Shown here: positions 36,462-49,914 of the stretch, in pieces
How positions within the stretch are numbered: position 1 is the stretch's first letter
Layout of the letters: the number at the start of each line of letters is the position of its first letter
Assembly: GCA_051313645.2 (NCBI GenBank)
Contig: JBNRSN020000003.1
Span: 433,318,001 to 433,382,000 of the forward strand
Reading direction: 5' to 3'
DNA: 64,000 nt
From: Centroscyllium fabricii
Taxonomy: Eukaryota
Program-made: the position numbers and the translations under genes
The notes under the pieces: generated by a model
Told to the model about the DNA's origin: nothing
The model's database searches: none
What the model saw: only the letters and a program-made list of their open reading frames with translations

Positions 36462-38557
36462 CTGTCCAAGCCATAATCACACACGTCAGCACCTCAAGTG
36501 GATTTATACTTTTGGTCACACTTTTGTCTGGATGCCAAATTTAAATAGAGTAATTTAAAAATAATAATAACCCTTTCCAGTTTTGCTACCCCAGAGCTAA
36601 AATAATTTAGCCTGGTGACCAATATATAGGCCATTAGTCTACTTTAATAATCTGTTACTTAAACTCAGATAGACATTCATTCAGAATATTTTAGATTTGA
36701 CTTGGCGTTGACGTCCTGTTTCCTACATATTTCAATGCTCATTAGTAAAGGTTTAAAAAATTGCTCCTGAAACAATCCTGCATGTGTGTGGACACACACA
36801 ATAACCCAAAATGGCCCTTAAATGGCTGATACTTCACAAAGTACCTGTATAAACATCAGCTGCCACACAGAGTGGAGTCAGTGGACAATGCATAAACAAT
36901 TGAGTTGAAATTCCTTGGGAGTTTTGGCTCTCTCACTCTCTGGCAGAACCCCATGGAAAACACTGGAGATCCAGCCGTGGTTCCTGATGGGGCACATGCT
37001 GTAAACTATCCAAATTTTCAACACTGGACAATATACATCATTACAAAGGCTGCACCAGAGAAATGCAAGTGGTCAAAACTTCAGCTGCCCATGCCCACCA
37101 AAAGGAATTTGTCTCCACAGTTGGGGGGAAAGTCAAAGAATCCAAAGCAGATGAAGTGACTACTTTGAGATTAACATAATGAGAAAACCGAGTGTGGTTT
37201 CTTTACTCCCTATTCTTAAGGAAGGTGCATTTTCAAAATCTCTCTTCCTACCCTAAAGATACTTTTCGACTACCTAGACAGAAAAGGATTAAATTAACAA
37301 GTAATGCTGACAAATGGCATTCTTTTTATGAATAACATTTTGTAGTACAGATCGAGTGACAATAATTCCAACAACAGTATTGGCTGATTGATTAGTCTTT
37401 ACTCGATCACGCAAAAATGTTAATCGATTTTATGCACTCTAAGCCATTAACAAGGAAAATTAATCTGTATATTTCCCTTACTGATGCATGCACTTATGCA
37501 AAATTAAATTTATCCCTTTATAACTTTTCAGCAATGCACATCCTTTGAATTAAGTAACCGTCAGTTCTGTTTTTCCTTGAACCTTGCAGCACACAAATAT
37601 GTTCTTTCACACTGCAAGAAATAATATTCCACAAAATAATCCAGATTCAGTTGACAAGAATATGAATGATTTGAACAATAGATGTTTTCTAATCTTGCTC
37701 AGAGAGCAAGTGGCTCAGCCTCGATGCATCCTTTGCAGGCTGTGGAGTGCAGTGATAAGAGGATACAAGGAATTTCACATCTTTTGCTGCAGATATCATT
37801 CCACGTAATGACCATAAGGAGCGACCCTCAGCAAGCAATTCAGAGGAGAATGCAGACTTCTCAGAAATCTGGCTCCATCATTTGTCAGCTTTTAATGCTC
37901 CCATTCCAAGGAACTTAAAGCCCTGGAGCAGTTCAGAGGTTGCTTGCTCCTGGGTCAGGTGTCTAAAGTTGGGTTTGAGAGAAATGCGAAGGAGGAAAAT
38001 ATAAGTCAACTACACAAAAATACTCTGCGAATAAGACAGTACTTTCAGAAAAATGCCCATTGTGCTGGTGTGGAGAATTCTAATAATGCTGCCATTTTCA
38101 AGCAAAGGCATTTTTGTTTCCAGATTCACTTTACTGTTAGCATCTCCAATACAGGATTTATGAAAACCCATCTCACAAAGTTGAAATCCATCAGGAATTT
38201 GGACACAGCTGACCGAATTTAATAGAGATCGATAAAGGTTGATAATCTTTCACTCCAATTAAATTGTAGGATGCTGAACTTTCATGTGTACCTCTGGGTA
38301 GCTTGAAAAGGGCTGTAATGAAGGTGTAAGGAGTTAATTAGCAGACCAGAAGAAACAAGTAAAAGCATGACTAGAATCCTGGTCAATGAGCCCAAAGTCA
38401 TCTTGGCAGATGAAGGTCCATGTGCACCACACAAATTCTCACACACAAAAGTTATTAATGGTTTGGACACTGGCAAATTGTATTCATATTTGTAGTGTAT
38501 ATATCAGTGCATTTAAAAGGTTTTTATTCAAATGAATCCTGAAGTCAACATGCAATT

Positions 38558-38793
38558 TGCACCCGCACGACTAGATTTCAGAACAGCTTCTTCCCCAGGG
38601 CTGTCAGCCTCCTGAACTCTCAAAAGAAACTCCGGTACCTGCACGCCTGATAATGAACTTTACTGTATGCAATTTGCATGTAATTTATTTATTTTGTTTG
38701 CACTACTCTCGGGAGAGTCGAGTCTTCGTCTCGTTGTATTGTACTAGTACTCTGCAATGACAATAAAACTTGAATTGAATTGAATTGAATTGA
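38558..38793 (+). mobile_element. Rex1/Babar LINE 3' end
   Basis: Encodes RTTRFQNSFFPRAVSLLN, the Rex1 ORF C-terminal motif. Tail is tctcgttg..gtactagtac..aatgacaataaaac(TTGAA)n. Confidence 0.85.
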
Positions 38794-40230
38794 AAATTGT
38801 CCAATTTTAATTTTGATTAATGCTAAATTGAAAAATCCACCCACATTGTACTGCATTCTTTTATCCAAAACATTTTTGGTTTGCATTTCAGTTCCATGAA
38901 TAGGAGAAGCTATTGAAACAGTCACTTCAGTAACTCTGAAGCCACTGTCAACAATTATTAGAAAGATATGGTTGGACATGCTGCAGTGGCTTCTCAGACA
39001 TATAAGACTGCAGTCTCTTGTGCGAACAGAGGTGCATCTAACAAGAAAGTGAGCAAACTCATACCAATTTCCCCATCATCTTTAAGTGACCTTTATTACA
39101 CTAAAGAAGCTAATTCACCCATAGCAGTCTGCAGAAACACTCAATAATTTAAATCAGTTTCACATTAGTGTGTGGAGTGTACAACCAAAGTGTACAAACT
39201 TGTTTTTACCCTGTAAGTAGCTTTTGACTGGAGGTTGCTGTGGGTGCCATGAGGGAGCAACTTTTCAATTCAGCGGGTTAAATATTTTGAACTAATTCAA
39301 TTCTGTAATATCTCAAATATGTGCTGTACTATATAAATTCTATATACTGCACTTTACATTCCCACTTCAATACACAACATAGTCCATCACAGTAGAACAT
39401 TGTGGTTAATGTAATTTACAATGAGGATTAGTGGAAATCAGTGCACTCACACTGCAACACATCAGAATGTCTGTTTTACCAAATTCTTCATTTCTATAAA
39501 ATTATTGCAGTGCATTCCACCATGATTCTCATAACTTCTATGATGTCTTTGCAGTGTCGCATTCATATATGTGGCTGGTAAAGCACTCGGGCAGGATCTT
39601 TCACAACTTCCATATCTTGGCCAGTTTATTAAGAGATAGATGTTAAATGGAGGCCAGGCATTTCCTCTCAGCCATGGCAGAAAATCAAAACAGTAAATCA
39701 CCTCTGGCCATTAGTACATACAGTCCAACAGTTATAGAAAGCTCACTTGTCTGCCCACTTGGCTTGCTACATGGTATGGAATGGGGGAAAGAGAGCCCCA
39801 AAAGATAGTGGGCAGGAATAGTATAAAAAGGTGTTGTATTCAGGTAAACACAACTGTCCAAAGTATTTGTAAAGCAGGTGTTTGAAATCCACTGCTTTGA
39901 GTCAATGTAATAATTTAAGGCGGAAGCACCTTTGTACTGGTATTAAAATTATTCCAGAGCTCAAGTATTTACACGTTAATTCATTTAGTGCCAAAGGTTT
40001 AGCTTCACAGTAAATTCCAAAAGATATACCATTATTTACTAATATTGTGTGTCGGAAATGTCCTTCAGTTTTGTCCTATTCTTGAATTCTCTGCTGGAAT
40101 TCATCTTTAGCAATTAATGGCAAGTCAGCTATGCAGCAATTTGTGTGAAAGGAAAGGACTACACATTTTTAAAGCTGTAAATTATTTCAGTGCTCACAGG
40201 ATTATTTAAATAGAGTAAGGGAGGTACAAT

Positions 40231-41576
40231 GGCCGGAATTTTCTTCGGGAAGGCGGGTTGGGGTCCAAGGCAGGCTGGAAACCCGGGAGGCCAGGTTTCT
40301 CGCAGGCCCTGCTGACTACCGGCAGGGCCTAATTTAAATGCAAGGCCTCAGTTTCCCACCCACAGCCAGCCAGATGCGCGGGGTCAGTCCGGGGGAGGGG
40401 TCAGGTATCGGCGGGGGTGGGAAGGCAGTCAGCGCAATCAGGAAACGAGAGGGGTCAGGAAGGCAAGCAGGAGGGGGCTCGGCAATCTGCAGAGAGGATC
40501 GGCGGGGGGGGTGGTTGCAGGATCGGCAGGTAATGGGGGTGGTCGGGGATTGGCGAGGTCAGGAATCAGCAGGCAATCGTGGATCGAGAAGAGATTGAGG
40601 ATTGCGGGGGAGGCGGGGGCAAATCGGGGTCAGGTGAAATCTGAGATCGTGGGGGGAATCTGGGATCGCCGTGGGAGGTGGGAAGAAAATCGGGGATCGT
40701 GTAGATTCGGGGACGGCGGGGTGGGGGTTATTGCGGACGGCTAGGGGGCATCGGGGGACCATGGGGCAGATCAGGGGGATCGCGGTTTTGGGGGGGGGGG
40801 AAGAGGGGTGAGAATCTGGGATCACTGTGGGAGGCGGGAAAAAAAATTGGGGATCACGGGGAGGGTGAAGAATCGGGACAGTAGGGGTTATTGTCGATGA
40901 CTCGGGGGCATCGGAACTAATCAGGGGACTGCGGGGAGATTGGCGATTGTGGGGGTAAATCGGGGACCGCTGGGGAGGAGCAAATTGGGGACCATGGGGG
41001 GGGGGGGGGGGGGATATTCAGGGACCACAGCAGGGGGGGGGGGGGGGTGTATTATCGGGGACCACAGGGCGGAGGATGGGCAGATGATCGAGTCCAACCA
41101 CCGGAGGATCATGCCGGCCACATCATAATCGTTTTGGGGGTGGATCAGGGGCGGGGGGTTGCGGGAGAGAGAGGTCTGGGAAAGCGGTCGGAGGTCTCGT
41201 TTGGGGGGGGGGGGGGGGGGGGGAGGAGGAGGAGTCTCCAATTGCGGAGATGGGTTAGGCAGGGACACTGGATCCAGGAAGTAGGTGTAAAGCCACTTAC
41301 CTCCTGTATGCAGCAGTCCCCACTCTGTTTTACTGCTGGGTTTCACGAATTGTGTGAAACCCGTCCCCAAACAGTTAAATTCAAAATGGATGAGAAAATT
41401 GAGGCTTCCAGCCTCATTACAATATTTAAATTGAGGTGACGCCCCCATGTAGCAGTTTGGTCGCCCGCCCCTGGCAAAACTGGAAATGGATGGGATCTAG
41501 GTGGGAATCCCATTTATAGCAAGTTCACTGCCCCAACGCTCCAAATCCACCCATTTTTAATGGGAAAATTCCGGCC
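40231..41576. mobile_element. PIF/Harbinger-like MITE with an expanded G-rich interior (1346 bp)
   Basis: Perfect 13-bp TIR GGCCGGAATTTTC / GAAAATTCCGGCC, 3-bp TSD AAT. Confidence 0.88.
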
Positions 41577-43663
41577 AATGTGTTTTAACACTTCCTCCCA
41601 AAAGCTGGATGCATATAAAACCATAATAAAGAACCATCTAACACTTTACAAGCCTGAAACAAGCTTTTTCTTTGAGCTAAGCATTTAGTTGAATGGTGAA
41701 TCGTAGCCTTCCTTTTCTCCACTTGACACCACGAGGATTTTAGAGCTGAGTTATATGTCAAAGTCTCAAAGTTGCAGCATCCCTTCTAGCTTCCTTAAGA
41801 GGTTCACTTTGGGTTTTGGTCTCACCCCAAAGAAATGCTTCCATTCAAATATCTGTCCTTTTACCAAAGTAAAAATATTTACCTTAAATGGAAAGAAATG
41901 TTCAAAGAAAGATTTTCAAAACACAGACGAGCTAGTCCCAGATGAAGTAATAATAGTGAACAAGGTCAATTTGGAATATATGTGTTTTATGAATTTGACA
42001 AAATGAACTAATTCTGCAGTACTTTCTTTTTTGGATAGCCTGAATTTAGCTTTAGGGAATGAGTTACCATATTTCTAAAGAACACCGTTCTTTTGAGAGT
42101 ATTATACAAAAAAATGTAGGAGTATCAGAATAATATAAACCATTTTTATAGAAAAATTCTCCAAACTAGCAATGGCATATTCTGTTTTAACTACTTTTCA
42201 AAAATGAAAGGCTGAATTAATTTTGGAGGTTCAATGCTAGTGCAGTGAGTAATACTGTTATTATTTTCATCCACCAACAGTTTGTCAGTAATTCAGACAA
42301 TAATCCTCAAAACAAATACAGCCACTTATTTTACAAAATGCATTTAAAATTCTGACAGCTCTCGGGATAATATGAATAATACAAGAGCATAACTGAGATT
42401 CAAGCCATATCAGATTGAATACATGGAATAATTTTTTGCTAGAATATAGAATGCTTGCAATTTCCTTTTAACTCAATGACCTGGGTTGAAATCCAGTGCA
42501 GTCTCCTCAGATATAAGGTTGTTCCTGATATGACATGACTTTAGCGATCTCATCAGTTCTTTGAGGGTGAATCCATAGCACAAAATTGCACAGAATTCAA
42601 TAACTCATATTGGGATATGTATTTTCCTCAGTGTATAAAATCAAAGGGAAAAAATACTAACCTAGATTCTTGAGGATCGTTTTAAAATAATTTTTCTTCA
42701 ACTTTATACAAACAGGAAAATATAAGTTGCCAGTGATGCTGCAAGAATATTCTGAGTAGGAAATAGAAATGTCGCCTTAGGTAGTATGGGATACTCTTTT
42801 AAAGATGGGAGTTCAAACACTTTATTGGGGGAAATAAAGATATAGCAAAGTTCGGCCTATCTGACCTGGGAGCACATGATGTTGATGTGGAATACAGAAG
42901 CTGGACAGGTCCGTTCTCCAGTACTGACGTTCATCAACTTAAGAACAGTGCAAAATATCTCCAAAATAAACATATTTACTAAGTGGCCTTGGGAACGTTG
43001 AATACATACATGGCATGAAGGGATTCTCAAAGGTTTATCAGTGACAAGGCAAAGGATTTGTATGATATAGGCCCGAGAACATACCACAGCATTAGCACAC
43101 GGTCTTCATGGAAACACACCAATTTTTTTTAAAGTCATAAGCATGCTGGTTTTGCAATACTTGCATGCACTATGAACTTGGAATATAGGAAATATTCTGC
43201 GATGATCCAAGTTCAATATAGCCCACTTGTGATTATTCGCAGGTTATGCGCTTGGGTCAATATAGAATATTTTCCATAATCCACAGCAGTCTACATGTAG
43301 ACAACTAAAATAAACAGAATATAGGCAAAATTATTCTGATACTCTTGAAATTACCATACAAAATGCGCACAAATTATTTAGTTTATTAGCATCATAAATC
43401 AGGTGCATGAAGACCAATAGAAAAAGAGGTTGCACTTTTAATTCCGCAATTGTGTTAATTGATTAAAGTTTTGATTAAAACAAAGATACCAGTGATCACC
43501 TCAATTAGATTCCAGACCTGTGTATTCAAAGTTTTCTGACAAAACAAAACAAACATGGACAAAAGACAACAAAAAAATTGTTCAATTAATTTCACAAGTG
43601 GTTAACAAGGTTGGTAAATCATATTAGAACTGGAACAGACACACAAAATGCCACATTGCTTAC

Positions 43664-43678
43664 CAGTTTGAGAGAAAG
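43664..43678 (-). CDS. FNBP1: FNBP1 15-nt microexon encoding LSLKL
   Basis: Minus strand reads ...ctttttttttctctttcctctccaattttgcgtgaag|CTTTCTCTCAAACTG|gtaagc. LSLKL is the peptide between RSLKRG and the HR1 exon in vertebrate FNBP1. It is in frame and not visible in the ORF track. Confidence 0.93.
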
Positions 43679-44973
43679 CTTCACGCAAAATTGGAGAGGA
43701 AAGAGAAAAAAAAGTGACAAGTCAATCGAAAACGATTACTCATTTGTAAACTCTTAACGATAAGAATTATCTGCACTGAATGAACATGGTAGGGTTATAG
43801 TGAACCTGGTTCATAAGGAAGCCATTTTAAAATGCATCATGTGAGGATGTGAAAAGTACAGTATTTCTGTACCGTAAAAAAAGTTGTACAATATTATCAA
43901 GTGTAAGGCTTTAACAGTGTAATATAGGAACATGAGAAAGCATGAAACAAGCCCTGTTCGTCCATCAAGTCTATTCCTGCTGCAGACCATGTACAATCCA
44001 CTCTACTATGGATTCTGCCCAATGCATTTTACCATCAGAGGCATGATTCTACAAAGTTTCTACCTGCACCCCAAAACATAAACCAAGCAAGATTCTAAGA
44101 TGTCAATCTAACTTGCATCCTTGCATTCACTGGCACATTTTCATCGTCTCAGTGGCTCAGGAACCATCATACACTGCAAATCAAATATCATCTCTCTATG
44201 TAACTACATCCCTAAATCCCATTCCCAAAGCAGATATTCGCCAAGGCTTTCTGAAAGGTGCTAACCATCATCTTCAACTTTAGCTGCAACCACACAAATA
44301 TTTTGCAAAATTAGAAGTGACACTGTAGCGCTCCAGGTGCAAGTGGAAATTTATTCTGATGAAAGTTAATTAGTACAGGTACAACGTAAACTGGTGTCTC
44401 AGTGTTCAGATTCTCTCTGTCACAACCACTATTCTGCTGTTACAGTAGATGCTTCTCGTATCATTAAGCAATTCAACTGCCTTCAGTATAATATACCCAA
44501 CAGAATATCGAATGGAAAATGTGCAATAGCTATTTATAGATCACTAATGAGGATCATCATGATGTTTGCTCCTTTGTTGCTTGTGAGCTGCAGAGTGATC
44601 CTTGCCAGTGAAATATAAAAATTATATTCTTTCCTGTTACTTATCCTCTGTTCCCAATGTGCTGTAAGGGCACAACACCACAGCGTAAATTACAGAGCGC
44701 TCCTTCTCATTTTTGATCATTTCCATATTTCACTTTGAAGTGCACCATCAAGACGTATGTGGTCTTTTATAAGAAATGAAGCTTTGACTTGTAGTGCACT
44801 ACTTGTGGCGTGATCAATGGCAAAGTATCAGATATGTGATGATTGATTAGGAGACTGCAGACTATTTTACTGCATTCCATGACAATGTGGTGATGGGTGG
44901 AAGTTTAAATTTGCAAGTACAAATTATTGGAATGAGGATATTGTTCAACTGGTGCCATATCACAGTTTTTCTA

Positions 44974-45185
44974 TGATGTGGAGGTGCCAGTGTTGGACTG
45001 GGGTGGACAAATGCAAGAAGTCACACAACACCAGGTTATAGTCCAACAGTTTTATTTTAAATCACAAGCTTTCGGAGCGTCTGCCCCTTCGTCTGACACT
45101 TCACCTGACGAAGGGGCAGACGCTCCGAAAGCTTGTGATTTAAAATAAAACTGTTGGACTATAACCTGGTGTTGTGTGACTTCTA
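44974..45185. mobile_element. Palindromic Penelope-like element with hammerhead motif, copy 2
   Basis: Starts with the same TGATGTGGAGGTGCC as copy 1, has inverted arms of about 75-80 bp, and a 12-bp TSD ACAGTTTTTCTA (44962-44973 and 45186-45197). Confidence 0.85.
45101..45138 (+). ncRNA. Minimal type I hammerhead ribozyme motif
   Basis: TCAC-CTGACGA-A-GGGGC(AGAC)GCTCC-GAAA-GCTT-GTGA. It differs from copy 1 only in loop II. Confidence 0.72.
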
Positions 45186-45648
45186 ACAGTTTTTCTAGTG
45201 TACTGTAATCATAATTTATGAGCACCACAGGCACACATGAGATAGGAAGGTCTTTCCCACCAATGAAGAATGTTCAAAAATGTAGAACATTTTAATTAAT
45301 GTTCGAACCACTGCTGAAATGCAAGTCTATGGATGTTCCCAATTTTACTTTGCAACCAGACTGCAAAGAGTACCACTCTAATTAAACAAGTCAAACAATG
45401 ATGGGCCACCTTGCTTCCATATGGTGCTCCATTCACCAGCCTGACTAAAAGCTAAAGACATTTAATAAACAGAGCTAAGCAAATTTGAGTGATAGGCAGC
45501 CCTAGGAGTATAAGTTCAATTCAAACTTTCATTTTTACAGTCAAAGTGCTTAACTTCTAGAGCTACAATCTTGCTGTACCACTGTTTCTACTTTAACTGC
45601 ACGGGATTATTAGTTTTCTGAGCATTGACACTTTCAGTAATGTACACA

Positions 45649-46652
45649 AGGCGCGAAATTGGTGAGCGCATTATTTGGGGCGCTAAAATGGGCGCAGCGC
45701 TAAAATTAGCGCTAGAGCGCCCGATATTGGGTTTTGCGCCGGCCTTGCAGATTTTAGCGTTAAATTTAGCGTTGCACGGGTGCAAACACCCAATTTTGTG
45801 GCGCTAATTACCAATCACGGGCGCAGCGCTCCTTCAGCAACTCCTTGCTTTCCCATGAACTCTGGAGCCGGACAGGTCTTAAAGGGGGTCGGGGAAGCAG
45901 TGCATTGTGTGTCAACACCCCTTCCTCATCATCTCCCCAATCTCGGGCCGCCCGACCCCCCTCAGCATCTGCCCGATCTCGGGCCGCCCGACCCCCCTCA
46001 GCATCTGCCCGATCTCGGGCTGACCCCCCTCCCGCAGCATCTGTCCGATTTCGGGCTGACCCCCCTCCCGCAGCATCTGTCCGATCTCGGGCTGACCCCC
46101 CTCCCGCAGCATCTGGCCGATCTCGGGCTGACCCCCCTCCCGCAGCATCTGGCTGATCTCGGGCTGACCCCACTCCCGCAGCATCTGGCCGATCTCGGGC
46201 TGACCCCCCTCCCGCAGCAACTGGCCGATCTCGGGCTGACCCCCCTCCCGCAGCATCTGGCCGATCTCGGGCTGACCCCCCTCCCGCAGCATCTGGCCGA
46301 TCTCGGGCTGACCCCCCTCCCGCAGCATCTGGCCGATCTCGGGCTGACCCCCCTCCCGCAGCATCTGGCCGATCTCAGGCCGAAGAGGCTACTGAGGAAA
46401 GGGAGGGTCGCCCTTTTAGCAGCGCAGCAGCGGCCACTCAGACCCTCAGCAGCGCTTGCCAAAGCTGGCGTTGGCAACGCTGCGCCGGGGGGACTGGCGC
46501 AAAGGCGAATTTTAGGGTGCAGCCCAGCGGGCGGGCGTTGCACCCGGATATGCACGACGATTGCCGATCACAAATTAGCGCGCGCTAACATTAACATTTA
46601 GCACCATTTTTCGGCGCTAAACGGACGGCGCGAAGGCGCGAATTTCACGCCC
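45649..46652. mobile_element. Harbinger-like MITE containing a minisatellite
   Basis: Imperfect TIR AGGCGCGAAATT / AATTTCACGCCC, flanks ACA and ATA, and GCGCTAA-rich arms like those of 15804-16439. Confidence 0.75.
45912..46379. repeat. 36-bp minisatellite, 13 copies (CTGACCCCCCTCCCGCAGCATCTGGCCGATCTCGGG)
   Basis: Head-to-tail units with no spacers. It appears as a 12-aa periodicity in the overlapping ORFs on both strands. Confidence 0.95.
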
Positions 46653-47451
46653 ATAGTATCTGACATAAAAAATAAATAATGCAGCAATCATCAAAAGAGA
46701 AACTGAAGTAATTTTTCAGTGCTTCACAAACAATGTTTTAAAAAACAGACACTCAGATTTGAGGAATAAGAGCTGGATGGGCTGAATGGCATTTACTTGT
46801 TTCCCATGTCCTTAGGATCAGAGATTTACAGTTTTAAACTAAATAGTCACTAATGAAAGCCAACATATTAATTACATACAAAGAATATTTGTTTGGATGC
46901 CACAAACTTAACTGGCAAAATCACATTATTTACATTCCAATGACAAAATAGAATGGCCACCTTATGAACCTTAGCCCAGAACAATGAAGATGCAACAGAA
47001 GCTTCTCTAACAGACATAAACTGCTTTTGCACAACACAAACACGAAAGCTTCACATTTACTGCACTCTGTATCTCAGACCCTGCGGAAAAACTATATGGC
47101 ATTCTAAATCAAACTTCTGCTAAACTAAACTCTAGTACTGATTATGAAAAAGTATACTTTCTTTTGGAGTGGAAACATTTCATTACAAACAGGAAACTGA
47201 AATGCCAGAATAATTTTTTTTAATATCCAATACTAACTATACTAAATAAAATTCAAGTGAATAAAATAAATCATGTTAAGCTTTTCAAACTGGCAATCTT
47301 ATTATACGGACAATTACAAATGAGACTTTCAGAAAAATTTATAAAAGGTTCAATATCAAACCAGGTATTTAAAACAGAACCAAAAAAGAAATCAAAACTA
47401 TAATTAATGAAACAGAATTAAAAAACAGAATAGAACTGAAATTAACAAAAC

Positions 47452-47521
47452 TAGGGATGGGCAATAAATGCTGGCCCGGCCAGTGACTCCCATCATTCAG
47501 AGAATGAATGAATTGAAAAAA
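47452..47521 (+). repeat. Isolated 3' tail of the LINE family at 27500/50388
   Basis: tagggatgggcaataaatgctggcc...gaatgaatgaat. Confidence 0.7.
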
Positions 47522-49914
47522 TTGCAAAGTTTGGCAAATATTCAAATTATAAATAACACAAAATGTTACTTTACACTGTCTACATCTTCTGGTATTAGAA
47601 AATATTGCACATTCAACACAAACCATTTATTCTAGATTCAAAAAACTTAATTAACTTAATTTGAAGAGTTAAATAAAAATTATAAATTTTCCTGTGGTTT
47701 ATGCAAGGCTCAAATACTGATATTTATATTAAATTATCACTGTAATATATTACTAATGTTAGGGTATTACTTTAGAAGAAAAGGCTGCGTTTATAAAATA
47801 GCTCTGGGATTAGCAGCAACCTTGAGGTTGTTTACACGCTACTCTAAGTTTGACAATTCCTTCTCAACAATGGGCTTATTTATGATCTAAAATCCTCTAA
47901 CTACAGCTACAAAACTCAGCTGTTAATTAATGCCCCCAAAAGCATAATCTATATCAGCATGCCTTCTTAACAGTTACAGGGTATACTGACAACTGTGCAT
48001 GAGTATTTGCTCCCATCCGTTGCAATTTTTTTCATCTCTCTTCAGATTTCTCCTTTTGCTTCCCTGCACCATCATGCCCTGGCTGAAAACAGGGGTAAAT
48101 GCATGTTCTTTGATCTCTGCTTGTAGATACAAAGAGTCTAGCTGTTCCATTATATGGATTATAAACTGGAAGATCAAAGTGCTGACATGCACCCCCAATT
48201 CCCCATAAGGGATCTATGTGAAGTCGCAAGTGAAGTACTTTCCCAAAGGGAGGGCAAGTTAACTTGAATTGCTTTTATGGTACTCTATCACATTGTTATA
48301 TCTGTATGGTACCTGCACTCGTGTTGGCTGTGTTTCATCCCAACTCCTTGCAAGTGCTACTCAGCACCATTAATCTGATTGTGATTTATTGTTGGCTGGG
48401 CCTTTCAGATTTCTGGCAGTGGTAGATTGTAGATGATCTCAATATTTTCATAAAGGGTGACTTCATTTGTTTTCCACAGAAATTAGGGAGCCCCGCAGTT
48501 TGAAATAGACATATCCTTTTATGGACCATGTCCCACATACCCAGAAGCAGAAATTCAATATAAACTGAAGACTCAATTCCCATCTGGTGTACTTATATTG
48601 GTGAGGTGGAATATATACGAATCAGCCTTTTGACTGCTGGAGTTAATTTTACTTCGATTAAAATAAGTAAATACACTTTCTTTTTCTTGAAAGTAGATTT
48701 ATATCCACTTTATGCCATGTATGCGGTTATGAGACGAACTGAATAACACGGTGAACTGGTACTTGTAATATCAAAAAGAAACCCACTGGCATGAGCTCAG
48801 CTGCCCACAAATCTTTAATATTTGACCCAAGTCCAAATTACCTCTAATTCATGCATATAAAATGTTCCTAACAACAGCAAAACACTTGTGCCAATGACAT
48901 CTACTTCTGCATATAAAACACAGGAGCAAGGCTTCTTCACAAACCGTCTTTTCTCCGTGTCCCCCTCGCCCCTTAAATTTATGATTTTAGTGATTTTTTT
49001 TCTGCTCTTCTAAAGAGTGGGATATTAAAGCTGGGAAATTAAACTTTCCACTTTAAGCATGCAGTGATAGCATCAACTATTCCCAGGTCAGACACAGCAA
49101 GCTAAATGCAGAGTAAAGCATCAATATTGTATCTCTATCCCAGCCTCATTAGTATTCGTGGTACCCTCCTTTTGAGGGGGCACTCATTGGTATTTATCCT
49201 GGTGGCATTGGGTTCATAACCAGTGCCTCTATTGGGCTAGATTTAAAATAGAATGTGCGAGGTATGCAGTGTGTTTCTTGTTTAAGAAGAAAGAATGCTC
49301 TTGCTTCACATCAGTATGTTTTTTAATTTCCACATCAAACATACTGTGGTGTCCCCATGAGATTGAGAATTTAGTTTCAATTTGCATTGCATTATGGACT
49401 AGGACCCACTAGCAGCTGAGGTGATTGTCAAAACACATTTCACATAACATACTTATGACTGACAGAAGACTTCTATGCTACTAGTCCAGAATAGTCACTC
49501 CATGAGCTTCATACTGAATCACTGACAGCCTAAGTCCAAATCACACCCTCCCAAAAAAACCTCCAGAAACTGACCAAAACAAAGCAATTTCTCTTTTGCG
49601 TTGAAACAAATGCAAAAATGTATGAATAGGAGACAGAAATCAGTGAAGCAGATTGTTTCTCTCAATTTTTCACTCCTCTCCTGAAACCCGAAATCATGCT
49701 GGGGCCTGGTTCCACGATCCCACTGTCCCCCTTGTAACTGACACAATTGGCATACTTCATCTGTGAGCCGAGACAGTGAATAGCAGTTGGTAGTTGAGTA
49801 TGGGTGACATCACAGCCTAGAGCTGTTCCCAACATCTGAACATGTACACTTGCCATCTGGGGTCACTGGATAACCATAAGAAAAAAGCAGATTTTTCTTC
49901 TCTATAATTCAGTT

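Noticed and set aside
40921-41448. Proline-rich (minus) or glycine-rich (plus) protein ORFs, for example formin-like
   Set aside because: An artefact of G homopolymers inside a TIR/TSD-bounded MITE.
45780-46601. 273-aa ORF with 12-aa repeats (LTPLPQHLADLG) as a novel repeat protein, or the array as a CRISPR
   Set aside because: It is a 36-bp tandem minisatellite with no spacers inside a MITE. Several frames on both strands are open, and there is no splice or domain support.
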